DNA of 64,000 nt from Erysipelotrichaceae bacterium. Its GTDB lineage: Bacteria; Bacillota_I; Bacilli_A; RFN20; CAG-826. A program made the translations under genes and the position numbers. The notes under the pieces were generated by a model. The model worked only from the letters and a program-made list of their open reading frames with translations. It made no database searches and had not been told where the DNA came from. The DNA lies in NCBI GenBank assembly GCA_015059105.1, contig SVBB01000001.1:75936-139935 (forward strand). The letters are read 5' to 3'. Positions 17,624 through 27,181 of this stretch are shown here, one piece after another. Each line of letters starts with the position of its first letter. Positions within the stretch are counted from its first letter, which is position 1.

Positions 17624-18735
17624 TGGAAGAAGAAAAAGTTGAAACACCAGTAGAAGAAAAAAAGCCAAACAGTCATAAAAAAGTGATTGGTTTTGTCTTA
17701 CTAACCTTGCTAGTTACTGCCGTCATGGTTGTCGTTTTTGTTAATATCGGCGACTTTTCTAAAACATGGAATCAACTTTTAAAGATGGACGCTGGTTATC
17801 TATGGATCGCGATTGCCTGTGTTGTTTTATATTTAATTACTTGGCCAGTATCATTAATGATATTAAATAGAAAAAGCAAGAATCGTCCTTCTAAAGTTGA
17901 TGACTTTTTAATCGGTGGGAGTGAGCATTTCTTTAATGGCATCACCCCGTTTTCCAGTGGTGGCCAACCAATTCAAGTATATTTATATACTCAAAACGGA
18001 ATGACCGCTGCGCAGGCAACGGGAATATGTTTATCAAATTTCATCGCTTTTATGATCGCCACTAATATATATGCGATTGCCTCTTTATTCTTCTGGGGTA
18101 AGTTTACAGAAAGCTTTACTCCGGCGACGATATGGATGGTGATATTAGGGTTCTTTATGAATCTCTTCACTTTGTTTTTCATCATCTCTATTGCAAGTTC
18201 TAAAACGATTAGAAATCTTCTCATCAAATTATTCAAAGCATTAGGAAAGATTAAGTTTTTAAGCAAAATCATCGACAAAACCCTCCCTAAATTTGAAGAA
18301 TACTGCAATAATTTCCAACTCGCTTCTAAAGAAATCATGTCGCGTAAGTTCGATTTCATCTTAGCGATTTTAGCTAGAGGAATATCTTTGATATTCTATT
18401 ATTCAATTCCTTTCTTCATTTTAAAAGGAATAGGAGTGGAACTGCAGATGATTGATATCTTCTTCATCTTGCTTGCTTCTAGCTTTACTATCACGACGAT
18501 GGTGTGGGTTCCTACTCCAGGCGGAACGGGAGGAATTGAATTCGCATTCACTTACATCTTTGTGACCTTCTTTATGACTTTAGGCAATAAACAAGAAATC
18601 ATCACCGCGAGCATGATCATGTGGAGATTTTTAACTTATTATCTATTGATGGTCTTAAGTGCAGCTGAATATGTGATATATGAAATCATCATCAAGAAAA
18701 GACGTAAGAAAAAGGCATTAGAAAATAATGATTAA
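17623..18735 (+). CDS. Polytopic membrane protein, flippase-like (lysylphosphatidylglycerol-synthase TM region / UPF0104-like).
   Basis: Eight or more TM helices. Genomic context between two glycosyltransferases. Confidence 0.4.
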   Translation: MEEEKVETPVEEKKPNSHKKVIGFVLLTLLVTAVMVVVFVNIGDFSKTWNQLLKMDAGYLWIAIACVVLYLITWPVSLMILNRKSKNRPSKVDDFLIGGSEHFFNGITPFSSGGQPIQVYLYTQNGMTAAQATGICLSNFIAFMIATNIYAIASLFFWGKFTESFTPATIWMVILGFFMNLFTLFFIISIASSKTIRNLLIKLFKALGKIKFLSKIIDKTLPKFEEYCNNFQLASKEIMSRKFDFILAILARGISLIFYYSIPFFILKGIGVELQMIDIFFILLASSFTITTMVWVPTPGGTGGIEFAFTYIFVTFFMTLGNKQEIITASMIMWRFLTYYLLMVLSAAEYVIYEIIIKKRRKKKALENND

Positions 18736-19549
18736 TGTTTTATATACTGGCGATAGAAATGTATTCCGTGGCTTCGCTTTAGCGGTTCTCACTTTAATCA
18801 AGTATACAAAAGAACCTTTTACTGTTCATTTTATGACAGTGGGAGCAAGCTGGGACGAAAGATGTAAGAAACTTCCTTTAGAAGACTTTAATAAAATTAA
18901 AGACGTTTTAAAAAAGCTACGTCCGGAATGCGAGATGAAATATTATGATGTGACCGATTCTTTTGCGACTCATTTTGAATATTCTCCAAATAAAAAGCCA
19001 GTTTATTCCCCTGCTTCAATGACGAGACTACTTTTAGTAGAAACGATTAAAGATGTCGATAAACTCATCTATTTAGATTGTGATACCTTAACGACTTCTT
19101 CTCTATCTGCATTTAATGAATTAGATATTTCTAATTATGAGATGGCAGTCTCTCTTGACTTTATGGGTCACCGCTGGGTAAAAAGAGATTATTTCAATTC
19201 CGGCGTTTTATATATCAATATGAAGATGGTCAGAGAAACTAGATTATTTGAAAGAGCGATAGAGCTTCTTAAAAAAAAGAGATTTTATTTCGCTGATCAA
19301 ACCGCATTATATAAATGCTCGAGCAAAAGATTATATATCCCGTGGCGATTTAACGAGCAAAGAAAGATTAAAAACGATACGGTTATCAAACATTTTAATA
19401 AAGGGATTAGACCGTTCCCCTTCTATGTATATAACGTCAAGCAGTGGAATGTGAAGAAAGTGCATTCTTTCCTTAAAATCCATTATTTTGATGATATATA
19501 TTCTCAGTATGATGAACTATTTGGAGAAATTGCTCCACTAGATTATTAA
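18728..19549 (+). CDS. GT8-family glycosyltransferase (LPS glucosyl/galactosyltransferase-like).
   Basis: N-terminal NVLYTGD..., DxD motif (LDCDTL), and ..FNSGVLYINM... Confidence 0.6.
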   Translation: MINVLYTGDRNVFRGFALAVLTLIKYTKEPFTVHFMTVGASWDERCKKLPLEDFNKIKDVLKKLRPECEMKYYDVTDSFATHFEYSPNKKPVYSPASMTRLLLVETIKDVDKLIYLDCDTLTTSSLSAFNELDISNYEMAVSLDFMGHRWVKRDYFNSGVLYINMKMVRETRLFERAIELLKKKRFYFADQTALYKCSSKRLYIPWRFNEQRKIKNDTVIKHFNKGIRPFPFYVYNVKQWNVKKVHSFLKIHYFDDIYSQYDELFGEIAPLDY

Positions 19550-19561
19550 AAAAGCTTGTGA

Positions 19562-20338
19562 TCAACAAGCCTTTCTCACTCTTTTTAGATAATCATAATT
19601 ATCTTTGGTATATAATTTCACAGTTTTCTGTGATTTTTTTATGATGATAGTGGATAATTCATTGAATTGGTAGACTCTATTATCCGCGGTTAATACTTGT
19701 GGATATTTCGTGCGGTGTCTCACCTTATATTCTAAAGTGATGACTTTGTCATCGTTAAAGACAATCGGCGCGGCGATAGAAGTGTACTGTCGAGATGTGA
19801 TTGGGGCGATTTTACTAAGGATGATCGCGTTTAATTTGTTATCGACAATCGGACCTCCGACGGAGCGGTTATAGGCGGAAGAACCATAAGTAGTGGAAAT
19901 GAGTAAGCCAGAACCATAATATGATTCGAGTAATTCATCATTTATGCGTATGTCATATGCGCTTGCGTGGGCGAATTGGCCTAATGAGAATTCATTAACG
20001 GCATAATAAACATTGTTATCGATATCCGCTTCGATAAGAGGAAGATTTTGAATATGAGGTTTGTTTATTAAAATATCGTTTATATCTTTTGCGTCTTCAG
20101 GTAAAAAATCGATATAAAAACCGAGATGGCCAGTCATAAATGGAACAAAAGCGACTTTATCGATAATATCGATGTATTTGCTGACTGCTTCTAAAAAAGT
20201 TCCATCTCCTCCAATGCAGATGACGACATCAGGATTATTTTCATCTTCGATAAAATTTATAGAAATATTATTTTTGATGATTTCTTTTAGTTTGTCCGCG
20301 TCATCGCGATTTTTTCTAGTATAGAAAGCGTATTTCAT
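19562..20338 (-). CDS. nadK: NAD kinase.
   Basis: GGDGT motif (ICIGGDGTFL) and ..NDELL...GSSAYN.. regions. Confidence 0.85.
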   Translation of the reverse strand: MKYAFYTRKNRDDADKLKEIIKNNISINFIEDENNPDVVICIGGDGTFLEAVSKYIDIIDKVAFVPFMTGHLGFYIDFLPEDAKDINDILINKPHIQNLPLIEADIDNNVYYAVNEFSLGQFAHASAYDIRINDELLESYYGSGLLISTTYGSSAYNRSVGGPIVDNKLNAIILSKIAPITSRQYTSIAAPIVFNDDKVITLEYKVRHRTKYPQVLTADNRVYQFNELSTIIIKKSQKTVKLYTKDNYDYLKRVRKAC

Positions 20339-20441
20339 AACTAGATTATAGCATATTACAAAAAATAGTCATTTTATTATATTTAAGCTTTGCTTACTTT
20401 TAAAAATTTGGACAGTGTATAAATTTTTCAGTATTTCCCTC

Positions 20442-20469
20442 TTGCAACTATCTAAAACCCTCCTATAAT
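20442..20469 (+). promoter_or_regulatory. Sigma-A-type promoter TTGCAA-N16-TATAAT driving the small ORF.
   Basis: Read directly from the sequence. Confidence 0.5.
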
Positions 20470-20540
20470 GTAGACAACATCTGAAATACCTAGTCCTTGA
20501 CCGCCACGTCGTTAAACTAGCAAAAAAGGAGGATACAACT

Positions 20541-20783
20541 ATGGTATTATCAGAAAGCATCAACTTACTCTATGCAAAACACACATACGCGCTTGATGGT
20601 GTCGGTGTAAAAAGAGACAGAAGTTTTAAGAAGATCTACTTCACTCGCGAAAACGCTGAAAAAGAAATGTACCGCTTGATGAATAAGTATTCTACTCGTG
20701 CTGTTAAAATTTACGAAGATAACCATGACAAGACTTACATCTGTGACAATGGTGCGACATTCTACATTACTAGACTTGCCTAA
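20541..20783 (+). CDS. Small hypothetical protein (80 aa), a stand-alone transcription unit.
   Basis: Consensus promoter, RBS AAAGGAGG, and a strong terminator downstream. Confidence 0.5.
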   Translation: MVLSESINLLYAKHTYALDGVGVKRDRSFKKIYFTRENAEKEMYRLMNKYSTRAVKIYEDNHDKTYICDNGATFYITRLA

Positions 20784-20828
20784 TCATTAATTAGCTTAGA
20801 TTAATTTAAAATTTGTTAATACAAATAG

Positions 20829-20859
20829 CCCCTTCCTTAGATGAAGGGGTTTTCTTTTT
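20829..20859 (+). terminator. Rho-independent terminator.
   Basis: CCCCTTC-cttagat-GAAGGGG followed by TTTTCTTTTT. Confidence 0.7.
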
Positions 20860-20943
20860 GGAACGAATATATTTATATCCTTATTATATATAATAAAAGC
20901 ACACCCGAATGGATGTGCTTTGTAGTTTTGAGTTTGTTTTGAA

Positions 20944-21549
20944 TTATAACTTGCGGTTATAGTATTCAACGATTTGAGCTTCAGTGATGTTTTGATTGAG
21001 TTCATTTCTTTCTGGTTCTCTAATGAGTTTACCAACGAACTTAGTTTCATCATATTCGACCCAACCGACTCTGTTAGAAACGCTTTCTAAGGATTCTTTG
21101 ACGACTTTTAAGCTTCTGCTGTCTTCTTTAAGAGAGATTTCATCTCCGATGTTGACGAGTAAGCTTGGGATATCGACTTTCTTACCGTTCACTAAGACGT
21201 GGCCGTGGTTGACTAATTGTCTGGCACCTCTACGAGTACGGGCGAATCCGATACGGTAGACAACGTTATCTAAACGAGATTCTAAGAGCTTCATGAACGC
21301 AAAGCCTGTGACTTCTTTGCTCTTGAGCGCTAACATGAACAAACGTCTGAATTGTCTTTCGTTGACACCATACATTTGTCTGAGTTTTTGTTTCTCGACT
21401 AATTGTTTGCCGTATTCACTTGGTTTCTTTTTACGATCTGCACCGTGTTGGCCTGGTCCATAAGAACGTTTTTTGAATTCCTTATTAGTTTCTAATAAAG
21501 AGACACCTAAACGACGAGATCTTTTCCAATCTGATCCAGTATACTTCAT
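20944..21549 (-). CDS. rpsD: Ribosomal protein S4.
   Basis: MKYTGSDWKRSRRLG... with an S4 domain. A roughly 280-nt structured leader lies upstream. Confidence 0.9.
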   Translation of the reverse strand: MKYTGSDWKRSRRLGVSLLETNKEFKKRSYGPGQHGADRKKKPSEYGKQLVEKQKLRQMYGVNERQFRRLFMLALKSKEVTGFAFMKLLESRLDNVVYRIGFARTRRGARQLVNHGHVLVNGKKVDIPSLLVNIGDEISLKEDSRSLKVVKESLESVSNRVGWVEYDETKFVGKLIREPERNELNQNITEAQIVEYYNRKL

Positions 21550-21831
21550 GATAGTTTCCTTCCTTTCCTTTATTTTTGCAAATAATGATAAGGTGTAAAT
21601 TCCTCACTTCGCCTGTTTGAATAATCCTTTCACCTCTGAGCTTTGGTTACTTAGTCACAGTTGTTTCAAACATCGGACAAGCTGTATTTACATGCTGCAT
21701 TACATGCAATGAATAATATATATGAATAGCAGGATAATCTCAACATTATTTTACAAAAAATATTATATTTTTTAAATTTTAGTAGAAATATGATGATATC
21801 TTTTTCACTATAGTGATAAGATATATTTATT

Positions 21832-23532
21832 ATGGTGGGATTAATTGTAGGAATAGTTGGAGGAGTAATAGGACTAGCTGTGATCAGTGTCCTTTTATAT
21901 ATCTTTGTTTTTTCTAAAGCCAAAATTAAAAAACAAATCAAAGAAATTGAAAGAAAATTCTCCTATCTCGATGCCTTATTAATCGGTCAAGATAGCCAAT
22001 ATATCCATAGACTTGAAATCATCTCTAGAACAAATCTTTTATATGTCGATAAACACTCAACATTTACAAGAAGATTTAGAGAGATTTATGAAACGGATGA
22101 TAAATTTGTCGAATCATTGATTCGTCAACTCAATTCCTTAGTCGCTAATAAACAATATAAGAATATTAAGAACACATTAGTGGAAGCGCGTAAAGCATTA
22201 GAGATTTTTGAAGATAAGACTAATCAACTCGATAAAGATTTATATGAACTCATCAAACTTGAAGAAGATTCTCGTCAAACAGTCTATCGTTTAAAAGAAC
22301 AATATAGAGTGGTGAAGCAGTCATATTATGCGAAGGCTAATGAATTAGAACTCGCTTCTTCTTCCTTTAACCGCGCTTTTGATAAATTAGATGCTCAACT
22401 CGTTCAAATCGATGAACATATCGAAAGTGCAGAATATGAAGAAACTGCAGAAATCATTCCCGAAATCATCAATGTCATCAATGCTTTAAGCAAGATTATT
22501 GATACATTACCTAACTTATGTTCTTTGGTTCAACAAGTGATCCCAGCGAAAATTGATGATATCAATGCGATTTATCATCACGTCGTAAGTTTAGAAATCC
22601 CTGTTTATCACCTCAATGTGAAAGAGAACATCAAGAAATGGAATAAAGATTTAGAAGCTATTAAAACAAAGATTAGAAATCTTTCCATCAGTGGTTGTCA
22701 AAAAGAATGCAATCTCATCATCGAAGAGATTGAAGCTTTGTCTAACCAATTGAATAAAGAAGAAAACGATAAGACGACTTTTGAAACGGAAAAAGATAAT
22801 CTTTATAAAGAAGTGAAGATTCTCGATGACGAATTCATCAAGATTTGTTCAATCTTACCAAGAATTTATGAATATTATGTCGTCGATGATTTCCAAAAAC
22901 AAAAATACGATGTCTTAAACCGCAATATCGATAGATTATGGTCCACGAAGCGTTCATTAGATGGATTTATCCATAGTGAAACAAAGCAGCCTTATAGCGT
23001 CTTACAATCTAAGCTTGATGATTTAAAAGCGGACTACAATGTATGCTTTACTGGTTTAAAAGAATTTAAGACCTATTTAGATTCTTTGAAGATCACTAGC
23101 GAAGAAGCTTATTCTTTAGTTTCTGTTTATTTCTATAGAGCAAAACAAATTGAGAATACATTAAGGCTCATCAGAGTGGATGTGGTGGAACAACAATATT
23201 CCTATCAATTAGAAAACGTCTTTAAAAACTTAAATGAAATCAACCTCTTACTTCAGGCTAAACCAATTGATGTTAAAAACATCAACGATAGAATTGAAGA
23301 ACTCAAACGTACAGCGAATGAATTCTTTGAAGAAGTGGAGAATAAATTCAGAGATAGTCAACTCGCTGAATCTGCGGTTGTTTATGCGAATAGAGATAGA
23401 AATCATCAAACAGATGTTCATCAACAGCTCTCCGTACTTGAAAACGATTTCTTCCAAGGCGAATTCGCGAATGTCTATAAGAATGCGAATTCCATCTATA
23501 ATCGTTCCCATGTTGAAGATAAAGGTAATTAA
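21832..23532 (+). CDS. ezrA: Septation ring formation regulator EzrA-like (N-terminal TM helix plus long coiled coil).
   Basis: Single N-terminal TM helix and about 530 aa of spectrin-like coiled coil. Divergent from rpsD and upstream of the cysteine desulfurase and thiI, as in Bacillus. Confidence 0.6.
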   Translation: MVGLIVGIVGGVIGLAVISVLLYIFVFSKAKIKKQIKEIERKFSYLDALLIGQDSQYIHRLEIISRTNLLYVDKHSTFTRRFREIYETDDKFVESLIRQLNSLVANKQYKNIKNTLVEARKALEIFEDKTNQLDKDLYELIKLEEDSRQTVYRLKEQYRVVKQSYYAKANELELASSSFNRAFDKLDAQLVQIDEHIESAEYEETAEIIPEIINVINALSKIIDTLPNLCSLVQQVIPAKIDDINAIYHHVVSLEIPVYHLNVKENIKKWNKDLEAIKTKIRNLSISGCQKECNLIIEEIEALSNQLNKEENDKTTFETEKDNLYKEVKILDDEFIKICSILPRIYEYYVVDDFQKQKYDVLNRNIDRLWSTKRSLDGFIHSETKQPYSVLQSKLDDLKADYNVCFTGLKEFKTYLDSLKITSEEAYSLVSVYFYRAKQIENTLRLIRVDVVEQQYSYQLENVFKNLNEINLLLQAKPIDVKNINDRIEELKRTANEFFEEVENKFRDSQLAESAVVYANRDRNHQTDVHQQLSVLENDFFQGEFANVYKNANSIYNRSHVEDKGN

Positions 23533-23534
23533 TA

Positions 23535-24665
23535 TTGGCTAATAAAGTTATTTATTTAGATCACGCGGCAACCACTTCCCCAATTAAAGAAGTGGTTTCT
23601 ATATATAATGAGGCATTAACTACCTCTTTTTATAATCCCGCGAGCGCTCATCAAGCTGGGACGATTGTTAATAGAGAATTAGAAAATGCGAGAAGCGATA
23701 TTCTTCGTAGTTTTGGCTTATCTTCCTATAATTTGATATTTACAAGTGGGGCAAGTGAATCAAATAATCTTGCCTTAAAAGGATACGCGCATCGATATCT
23801 TCGTAGAGGTAAACATATCATCACCTCTTCTTTTGAACACCCAAGCGTTACTAACCCTTTAAAAGCATTAGAAAATGAAGGATTTGAAGTGACATATTTA
23901 AAAGGAAATGATGGCTATATCTCTTTAGAAGAACTTGAAAAAGCGATTCGTCCAGACACCATCTTAGTATCGATAATGGCGGTGAATAATGAAGTTGGTT
24001 TTATCCAAGATATCAAAGGAATATCTAAGATAGTGCACAGTCACGGAATTAAACTACATATTGATGCGGTGCAAGCGGTTGGTAAAATCGCGACTCCTTA
24101 CTCTGATGCAGATTTAATTACCGTCTCTATGCATAAGATTGGCGGACTTAAAAGTAGTGGTCTCCTTCTATATAAAAAAGGCATTGAACTCACGTCGTTA
24201 ATCGATGGCGGCGGGCAAGAAAATAATATTAGAAGTGGGACTAATGATGTCCCAATGGCTTTAGCGGATGCTTTCGCTATTAAATATGCCTTATCTCATC
24301 AAAAAGAAAGTTATGAATATTGCTTAGAACTGGTAAAACCGTTATATGAATACCTTTCCAATCATTCTGATTTATATGAGATCAATTCCACAATTGATAA
24401 TCCATTTATCGTCAATTTTTCTTTTAAAAATAAAAAAGCTTCCGTGTTTGTAGAAGCATTATCTTCTTTAGGAATAATGGTTGCTAGTAAAAGCGCATGT
24501 TCTTCTCGACTTGATAAAGGCAGTGTCACTTTACTCGCGATTGGTAAAAATAGTCAACTCGCGAATAATGCGATTAGATTATCTTTTTCTAGTAGTAATA
24601 ATAAAGAAGATATTGAAACATTTATAAATACATTAGATAAATTAGTAAAGGAATTAAGAGCATGA
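23535..24665 (+). CDS. Cysteine desulfurase (NifS/IscS class V aminotransferase; NifZ/YrvO-like partner of ThiI). Probable TTG start.
   Basis: PLP Lys motif SMHKIGG, ..ASAH.. regions, and ThiI synteny. Confidence 0.75.
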   Translation: MANKVIYLDHAATTSPIKEVVSIYNEALTTSFYNPASAHQAGTIVNRELENARSDILRSFGLSSYNLIFTSGASESNNLALKGYAHRYLRRGKHIITSSFEHPSVTNPLKALENEGFEVTYLKGNDGYISLEELEKAIRPDTILVSIMAVNNEVGFIQDIKGISKIVHSHGIKLHIDAVQAVGKIATPYSDADLITVSMHKIGGLKSSGLLLYKKGIELTSLIDGGGQENNIRSGTNDVPMALADAFAIKYALSHQKESYEYCLELVKPLYEYLSNHSDLYEINSTIDNPFIVNFSFKNKKASVFVEALSSLGIMVASKSACSSRLDKGSVTLLAIGKNSQLANNAIRLSFSSSNNKEDIETFINTLDKLVKELRA

Positions 24666-25825
24666 TTAAGTATTCTCATATCATGATTCGTTTCGGCGAA
24701 TTATCGACAAAAGGCAAAAATAAATCGAGTTTTATCAGGGTTTTATATGAAAATATCAAGCACGCTTTAAAAGATTATTCTTCTTTAGAAATCGAATATC
24801 GTTATGATCATATCTATGTTTATTTAAATGATGAAGACTATGAACCAATCATTTCTCGTTTACAAGATGTAAGCGGCATTCACGCGATGTCTTTAGTATA
24901 CCGTTGCGAAAAAGATATTGAAGTAATCAAATCTTCCGCTCTTGAATTAGTTAAACAAGAAAGTGGCAAAACATTTAAAGTTAATGCGAAAAGAGGAGAT
25001 AAGAAATTCCCTCTCCATAGCGATGAAATCGTAAGAGCAGTCGCTCCTGTTATTTTAAGAAATACAGATTTAAGAGTGGATGTCCATCATCCTGATATCT
25101 CTGTTAATGTCGAAATTAGAGAAGAGGCTGCTTATATCTTTACTCGTACTTATGAAGGAGCAGGAGGATATCCTCTTGGAGTGGGTGGGAAAGCGATGCA
25201 TATGCTTTCAGGTGGTATCGATTCTCCAGTCGCTGCCTATCTACTCATGAGAAGAGGAGTGAAGATTGAATGCATCCATTTCGCTTCTCCTCCATATACA
25301 AATGTTGGGGTCATTTATAAATTAGAAGATCTGCTTAAAAAACTAAATTATTATCAACCTACAATTAGATTATCTATTATTCCATTTACCAAGATTCAAG
25401 AAGCGATATATGATAATGTTCCTGAAAGTTACTGCATCACAGTGATGCGTCGAATGATGTATCGACTAGCTTCTAAATTAGCTTCTAGAAGAAACTGCCC
25501 AGTTATCTCTACTGGTGAATCAGTGGGACAAGTCGCTTCTCAAACATTAGTATCGATGCATGTCATCAATGAAGTGACAAATACTCCAGTCATCCGTCCA
25601 TGTGCGACGATGGATAAACTCGACATCATCGCTATTAGTAAAAAGATTGATACATATGATATCTCCGTTAGACCATATGAAGATTGCTGTACGATATTCA
25701 CTCCTAAAAATCCGAAAACCGCTCCAGATTTAGAGATGGCTAAGGAATATGAAAACAAATTCAACTATGAAGAAATGATTACTGAAGCGCTTAATAACGT
25801 GGAAGTGAAAATCATTGGGGAATAA
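24662..25825 (+). CDS. thiI: tRNA 4-thiouridine synthase ThiI.
   Basis: THUMP N-terminal domain and PP-loop SGGIDSPVAAYL. Confidence 0.85.
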   Translation: MIKYSHIMIRFGELSTKGKNKSSFIRVLYENIKHALKDYSSLEIEYRYDHIYVYLNDEDYEPIISRLQDVSGIHAMSLVYRCEKDIEVIKSSALELVKQESGKTFKVNAKRGDKKFPLHSDEIVRAVAPVILRNTDLRVDVHHPDISVNVEIREEAAYIFTRTYEGAGGYPLGVGGKAMHMLSGGIDSPVAAYLLMRRGVKIECIHFASPPYTNVGVIYKLEDLLKKLNYYQPTIRLSIIPFTKIQEAIYDNVPESYCITVMRRMMYRLASKLASRRNCPVISTGESVGQVASQTLVSMHVINEVTNTPVIRPCATMDKLDIIAISKKIDTYDISVRPYEDCCTIFTPKNPKTAPDLEMAKEYENKFNYEEMITEALNNVEVKIIGE

Positions 25826-25828
25826 GAA

Positions 25829-25852
25829 AAGAGGCATAGCCTCTTTCTTTTT
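25829..25852. terminator. Bidirectional terminator between thiI and rplT.
   Basis: AAGAGGC-ata-GCCTCTT flanked by T- and A-runs. Confidence 0.6.
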
Positions 25853-25869
25853 AGTTTTATTAACAACTA

Positions 25870-26229
25870 TTATTTCTTTAACTGTTTTTTCGCAGTGTTC
25901 ACTAAAGAAGTAAAGGCTGCTGGATCATTGATCGCGAGTTCGGATAACATCTTTCTGTTAACTTGGATGTTCGCGAGTTTAAGACCATGCATGAATGTGG
26001 AATAAGAGATATCGTTCATTCTGCAAGCAGCGTTGATTCTCTTGATCCATAATTTACGATAGTCTCTTTTGATTTCTCTACGAGAGACGTATGCGTATCT
26101 AAGTGAGTGCATCACTTGTTCTTTTGCTGTTTTGAATAATAAGTGTTTGCTACCGAAGTAACCTTTGGCGCGTTTTAAAACTCTTTTTCTTCTTGCGTGT
26201 GTGACAGTGCCACCTTTAACTCTTGCCAT
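25870..26229 (-). CDS. rplT: Ribosomal protein L20.
   Basis: [26 protein letters not shown]... Confidence 0.9.
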   Translation of the reverse strand: MARVKGGTVTHARRKRVLKRAKGYFGSKHLLFKTAKEQVMHSLRYAYVSRREIKRDYRKLWIKRINAACRMNDISYSTFMHGLKLANIQVNRKMLSELAINDPAAFTSLVNTAKKQLKK

Positions 26230-26243
26230 TATTAGTTACCTCC

Positions 26244-26438
26244 TTATTGTTGCACCAAATCCTTGATGCGTTTGTAATCTGTTGGATGAACACTCTTTTG
26301 TTTCATTAAGTGTCTCTTTTGTTTTGTTGTTTTACCGTATGCGCGGTGGCCAGTATTGGCTTGGTGTCTTACGAGTTTACCAGTCCCAGTGACTTTAACT
26401 CTTTTTGTAAGCGCTTTTTTGCTCTTCATTTTTGGCAT
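26244..26438 (-). CDS. rpmI: Ribosomal protein L35.
   Basis: MPKMKSKKALTKRVKVTGTGK... Confidence 0.9.
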   Translation of the reverse strand: MPKMKSKKALTKRVKVTGTGKLVRHQANTGHRAYGKTTKQKRHLMKQKSVHPTDYKRIKDLVQQ

Positions 26439-26450
26439 GGTGTTTTCCTC

Positions 26451-26993
26451 CTATTTCTTTGGTGCTAATACGGCGACTAACCAACGACCATCTAAGGCTG
26501 CTGGTTTTTCGATATTAGCAACATCTTCTAATAAAGCGATAAATCTATTTAACGTTTCTTCGCCGACTTCGACGTGACTTAGCTGTCTTCCTTTATAACG
26601 GACGCCAACTTTGACTTTATTGCCTTCGGCAAGGAATTTCTTTGCGTTTTTGGCTTTAGTCTCTAAATCGTGGGTGCCGATTTGAGGAGTGAGTTGTACT
26701 TCTTTTGTTGTTACAACATGTTGATTCTTCTTCGCTTCTTTAGCTTTCTTTTGCTGTTCGAAACGGAATTTGCTGTAATTGATAATTTTGCACACTGGTG
26801 GCTCAGCATTTGGTGAGACACAGTAGAGGTCCATCTCATATTGATTCGCTTTGAATTGCGCTTCACGAGAAGACATGATGCCAAGTTGTTCCCCATTAGG
26901 TCCGATTAATCTGACGGAAGGAAAACGAACTAGCTCATTGACTAAATCTTTGTTTTCTTTGTTTGGCTTCTTGCCGGCATTAGGATCGTAAAT
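26451..26993 (-). CDS. infC: Translation initiation factor IF-3. Probable non-canonical ATT start at 26993 (the alternative ATG at 27002 abuts the RBS).
   Basis: IF3 N- and C-terminal domains. RBS AAGGAG at 27003-27008 with a 9-nt spacer to an in-frame ATT. Confidence 0.8.
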   Translation of the reverse strand: MYDPNAGKKPNKENKDLVNELVRFPSVRLIGPNGEQLGIMSSREAQFKANQYEMDLYCVSPNAEPPVCKIINYSKFRFEQQKKAKEAKKNQHVVTTKEVQLTPQIGTHDLETKAKNAKKFLAEGNKVKVGVRYKGRQLSHVEVGEETLNRFIALLEDVANIEKPAALDGRWLVAVLAPKK

Positions 26994-27181
26994 AGTTATC
27001 ATCTCCTTACTTATTAAATAAAAACGGATGCATAGCGCACCCGTATATCTCCGTATCATTACTTTGATGTAGCAATTACCAATCAATTCATTGATCTGGT
27101 GAGAACGGGTGTTCTACTTTCTACCTTTATTTGCGAGATAATCTTATCAAAGTGACATTGAGTAGTCAAATATTTTTAATA

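Noticed and set aside
21550..21831. rpsD leader examined for the S4 autoregulatory pseudoknot known from Bacillus.
   Set aside because: Some stem potential exists (AGGTG...CACCT), but I could not establish the pseudoknot by eye, so no call was made.
27003..27086. N-terminal extension of infC (MIGNCYIKVMIRRYTGALCIRFYLISKE...). Similar 5' extensions of thrS (MYCGGKENY) and the DUF523 gene (MITFFACANYNLINYIFKYRMWLL) were also rejected.
   Set aside because: The extensions lack an RBS and read through promoter/leader sequence. Internal starts with good RBS (or the ATT for infC) give canonical protein N-termini.
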